Source of the DNA: Escherichia phage vB_EcoS-22664B1
Length of the DNA: 45,019 nt
Strand: one strand, 5' to 3'
Sequence record: MZ234008.1
The position numbers and the translations under genes are program-made. A model generated the notes under the pieces. It was not told the DNA's origin and did not search any database. It saw nothing but the letters and a program-made list of their open reading frames with translations. The stretch's first letter is position 1. Each line of letters begins with the position of its first letter. Positions 42,407 through 45,019 of the stretch are shown one piece after another.

Positions 42407-44671
42407 ATGAGCTTAATTAAATTCGCAGTAACAAGACCCGCTAAAAAAGGCGAAAAAGCCAGGGCGGAAAACTTCGAGATGACCACTGATGAGTTTTTCG
42501 AATTTATCAATGATGCGAAAGAAATCTCCTCGGTGCACATCAACAAGACTGAAGATAAAGCCGAGTATGCGCGCCGCAAGCGTAAGGCCGATGGCATCGT
42601 GGCCTATACCAATGATGGGTTACGCCGCAAGACCAGTGCGGTCGACCGCTCGATCCTGTTCTTCGATATTGACCGCACCGACACCCGCACATTACGCCGC
42701 TGCCGTAAAGCGTTCACCGACGCTGGTCTGGAGCATGTATTCCACACCACGACCGGCGACCGTCACCCACTGAAAGGCGGCACACGTTGCGCCCGTTTCC
42801 TGGTGCTCACTGACAAGCCTGTACCGGCTGAAGACCTGGGCCGCGTCCAGTATGCGCTATTAGACCAACTGGGCCTGTCAGATGTGGACTTCGACGATTG
42901 TACGAAAGACACCAACCGCCTTATGTACCTGCCTCACCAGCAGTCTGTCATAAAGTGCCACTATGGAAAGCGCGCCCGTGTCCGTCGTCTGCTTCGCCTG
43001 GCTGACAAGCTGGGAGTGGAGAAAGAGGAAGTGCGCCGCGAACTGACCCAGGGCGCCGATGGCGTGGCGGACGGCATTCTGGATTGGTGCTTCCAGGCTG
43101 GCTTTGAACCACTGTCATCCGGTCGCGGTTATGAAGTGCCTTGCCCGAACGAGCACCTGCATAGCGGCGGCGGGTCGACGGCTATCATGGTTAAGGATGG
43201 CGAGATCCGTTTCAAGTGTATGCACACCGGCAACGAATGCTGTTCCGAACTGAATAAACACCAGCACCTGGCGTTACGTCTGATTGGTATCCCGGACCAC
43301 TTGAACGTCGAGCCACACAACATGTCACGCAAGCAAATCGCCGCCATCCTTCCGGGACTGGACGACGAGGAAGTGGAATCGTGCTATGAACATATTGTTG
43401 ATGCGGTCGGAGACGGCGACGAGTACGGCGAATGCACCGACGCTGACCTGGACAACGAGCCGGTCGCTCTGTTCAGTAAGCACGACCCGATTATCGAAGG
43501 CCTGGTCAACTTCAAATCTACCTGGTATATGGCGGGTGAGTCGAACATTGGTAAGTCGTTCTACGTGCTGGGCCAGATGGGCGCTGTTGCCGCGGGGATT
43601 CCGTTCGGTGGCGCGAAGGTCGTCCAGTCGCATTGCTTCTATTTCGATGCGGAAGGTGGCGAAGCCTCCAACCAGCGTAAGGAAGCATTGCAGATTAAAT
43701 ACGAGCACGACCTCGACAAGCTGCACATTATCGACCTGCAATCACGCGGCTGGGATATTACCAGCAAGTCAGGCTTGCGCGAGGTTATCAGCTTTATCAA
43801 CCGCACCGCTAACGGGGAGCCGGTTGGCCTGGTGGCCTTCGACTCACTCAACCAGACTGTAGCGCTGCGGTCCGCTGATGCCAAACCGTTCGACGAGAAC
43901 AACGCAAGCGATATGGGTGAAGTGGTCAAAGCGCTGAAGTCCATTGCGGAAAATACAGGCGGCAGTGCGGGCGTCATCCATCACCCGGCTAAGGGTGCAA
44001 ACGGCAGCAGATCCCCACGCGGGTCCGGCGCGCTTCATGGTGCTGTCGATTCTGCGTTCTTCCTGGAACAGCCGGACGATAATCAGCCAGGCCAACTCAA
44101 CCTGTATCACGAAAAATCCCGTAACGGCATCAAGCAAGCGCCGCGTGGCTTCGTCCTGCTCAAGTGCAAGGTTAAGGTGGATCTCCGCAAGTCTGATGCG
44201 TTCGAAGCCCACCAATCCACCAGCACCGGGCCAGACTTCGGTGATGTGGTTGCCGGTTGGGACGTCAAGCCAATTGCATCTACACCACGCGACGAGACTC
44301 TTTACCTCGTACCGGTCGCCCTGGCACCGTTCGCTATCGAACAGGCTAAGGCAGCAGGCAAGGCAGCAGTTAAGGAAGAGAACACCGCCGGACCGCGCAA
44401 CGAGAAAGAGAAGGTGCTTTATGCGGCACTGGAAAAACTGATGGAAGATAACCCGGACCATACTGGATTCAGTAAATCGGCAATTGTCCGCCAGGCTGGA
44501 CTTGCGAAAGGTGGCACATCGACGAAGGCAATTGACGATATGGTGGAGCGCGGCGTGCTCGGGTTTTATACAGATCCACACACCGGGGCCATCTATGGGT
44601 CGTCGAATCTGGTCATCAAATCGGATATACCCATCACGCTTTCAGCGACCGATGATGACTTAAAAGATTAA
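42407..44671 (+). CDS. DNA primase/helicase (N-terminal primase-like domain, C-terminal RecA/DnaB-like ATPase)
   Basis: N-terminal acidic motif LFFDIDRTD; C-terminal Walker A GESNIGKS and Walker B-like LVAFDSLN, plus HHPAKG; 754 aa. Confidence 0.75.
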   Translation: MSLIKFAVTRPAKKGEKARAENFEMTTDEFFEFINDAKEISSVHINKTEDKAEYARRKRKADGIVAYTNDGLRRKTSAVDRSILFFDIDRTDTRTLRRCRKAFTDAGLEHVFHTTTGDRHPLKGGTRCARFLVLTDKPVPAEDLGRVQYALLDQLGLSDVDFDDCTKDTNRLMYLPHQQSVIKCHYGKRARVRRLLRLADKLGVEKEEVRRELTQGADGVADGILDWCFQAGFEPLSSGRGYEVPCPNEHLHSGGGSTAIMVKDGEIRFKCMHTGNECCSELNKHQHLALRLIGIPDHLNVEPHNMSRKQIAAILPGLDDEEVESCYEHIVDAVGDGDEYGECTDADLDNEPVALFSKHDPIIEGLVNFKSTWYMAGESNIGKSFYVLGQMGAVAAGIPFGGAKVVQSHCFYFDAEGGEASNQRKEALQIKYEHDLDKLHIIDLQSRGWDITSKSGLREVISFINRTANGEPVGLVAFDSLNQTVALRSADAKPFDENNASDMGEVVKALKSIAENTGGSAGVIHHPAKGANGSRSPRGSGALHGAVDSAFFLEQPDDNQPGQLNLYHEKSRNGIKQAPRGFVLLKCKVKVDLRKSDAFEAHQSTSTGPDFGDVVAGWDVKPIASTPRDETLYLVPVALAPFAIEQAKAAGKAAVKEENTAGPRNEKEKVLYAALEKLMEDNPDHTGFSKSAIVRQAGLAKGGTSTKAIDDMVERGVLGFYTDPHTGAIYGSSNLVIKSDIPITLSATDDDLKD

Positions 44672-44759
44672 ATTTTGCGCGCATTGGTTGCCATTTTGAG
44701 TGTTTTTAGCTGGTCGCATTGGTTGCCGTGTAGTGTAAATATAGTGAATAGTTATGCAG

Positions 44760-44940
44760 TTTTATTGCATAAAGTAAGCGGGACAAAAAGCGGGACAGAC
44801 AGGGGGCGGGACAAGGCGGGACAGCACCCCCGTCCCGCCCCGGATTACGCGGCTTGCGGGGGAGCGGGACAGGCGGGACAAACCCCAGTCTTTCAGACTA
44901 GACGGGGGTCAGTTGGCCCCCTCGTCTGAGACTGCATAAA
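44760..44940. repeat. non-coding repeat region B: GCGGGACA iterons, inverted GGGAC and conserved GC hairpin (homologous to 16548-16710)
   Basis: GCGGGACA at 44778, 44789, 44806, 44816, 44864, 44873; the 3' 60 nt is nearly identical to region A. Confidence 0.85.
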
Positions 44941-45019
44941 ATCCGGGATTGCATAATACACGGCAACATGATGTGAATTGCGGTCGTTGATGAACTAGGC
45001 AACCAATGCGAGTTGTATT

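Noticed and set aside
44675-44929. ORF-track ORF 44675..44929 (+) over the second GGGACA repeat region
   Set aside because: Same reason as region A: the ORF is a by-product of the iteron repeats, and its C-terminus mirrors the spurious ORF in region A.

Overview
The window reads as a complete or near-complete genome of a tailed dsDNA phage (siphovirus-type, about 45 kb, enterobacterial-like composition). All calls are by eye from the sequence and ORF track; no database search was run. Layout: a left arm on the + strand (tandem paralogous small genes, holin/endolysin, a disrupted HTH-phosphoesterase gene, TerS/TerL, portal, head morphogenesis, spanins, scaffold, major capsid, connectors, major tail, G/GT chaperone with a -1 slippery site, tape measure, lambda-like M-L-K-I-J tail tip, S74-chaperone tail fibre); a right arm of about 12.6 kb on the - strand (charged-repeat protein, PD-(D/E)XK exonuclease, SSB-like protein, family A DNA polymerase, VRR-NUC, SNF2 helicase, two methyltransferase-like genes, HNH-like, HAD-like); and a + strand HTH regulator plus primase-helicase at the right end. 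Main observations beyond routine annotation: (1) a two-copy, roughly 165-bp conserved non-coding element built from GCGGGACA iterons, GGGAC palindromes and a conserved GC hairpin; (2) a genome-wide intergenic GCAACCAA/TTGGTTGC motif sitting in or next to sigma70-like promoter hexamers; (3) a 55-bp tandem duplication that frameshifts the phosphoesterase gene; (4) an SSB-like gene with a 54-bp tandem duplication and a -1 frame break before a charged repeat tail; (5) lysis genes split between two loci; (6) two opposite-strand gene islands inside the structural module, one a lipoprotein cassette next to the fibre genes. No tRNA, CRISPR array or integrase was recognised.
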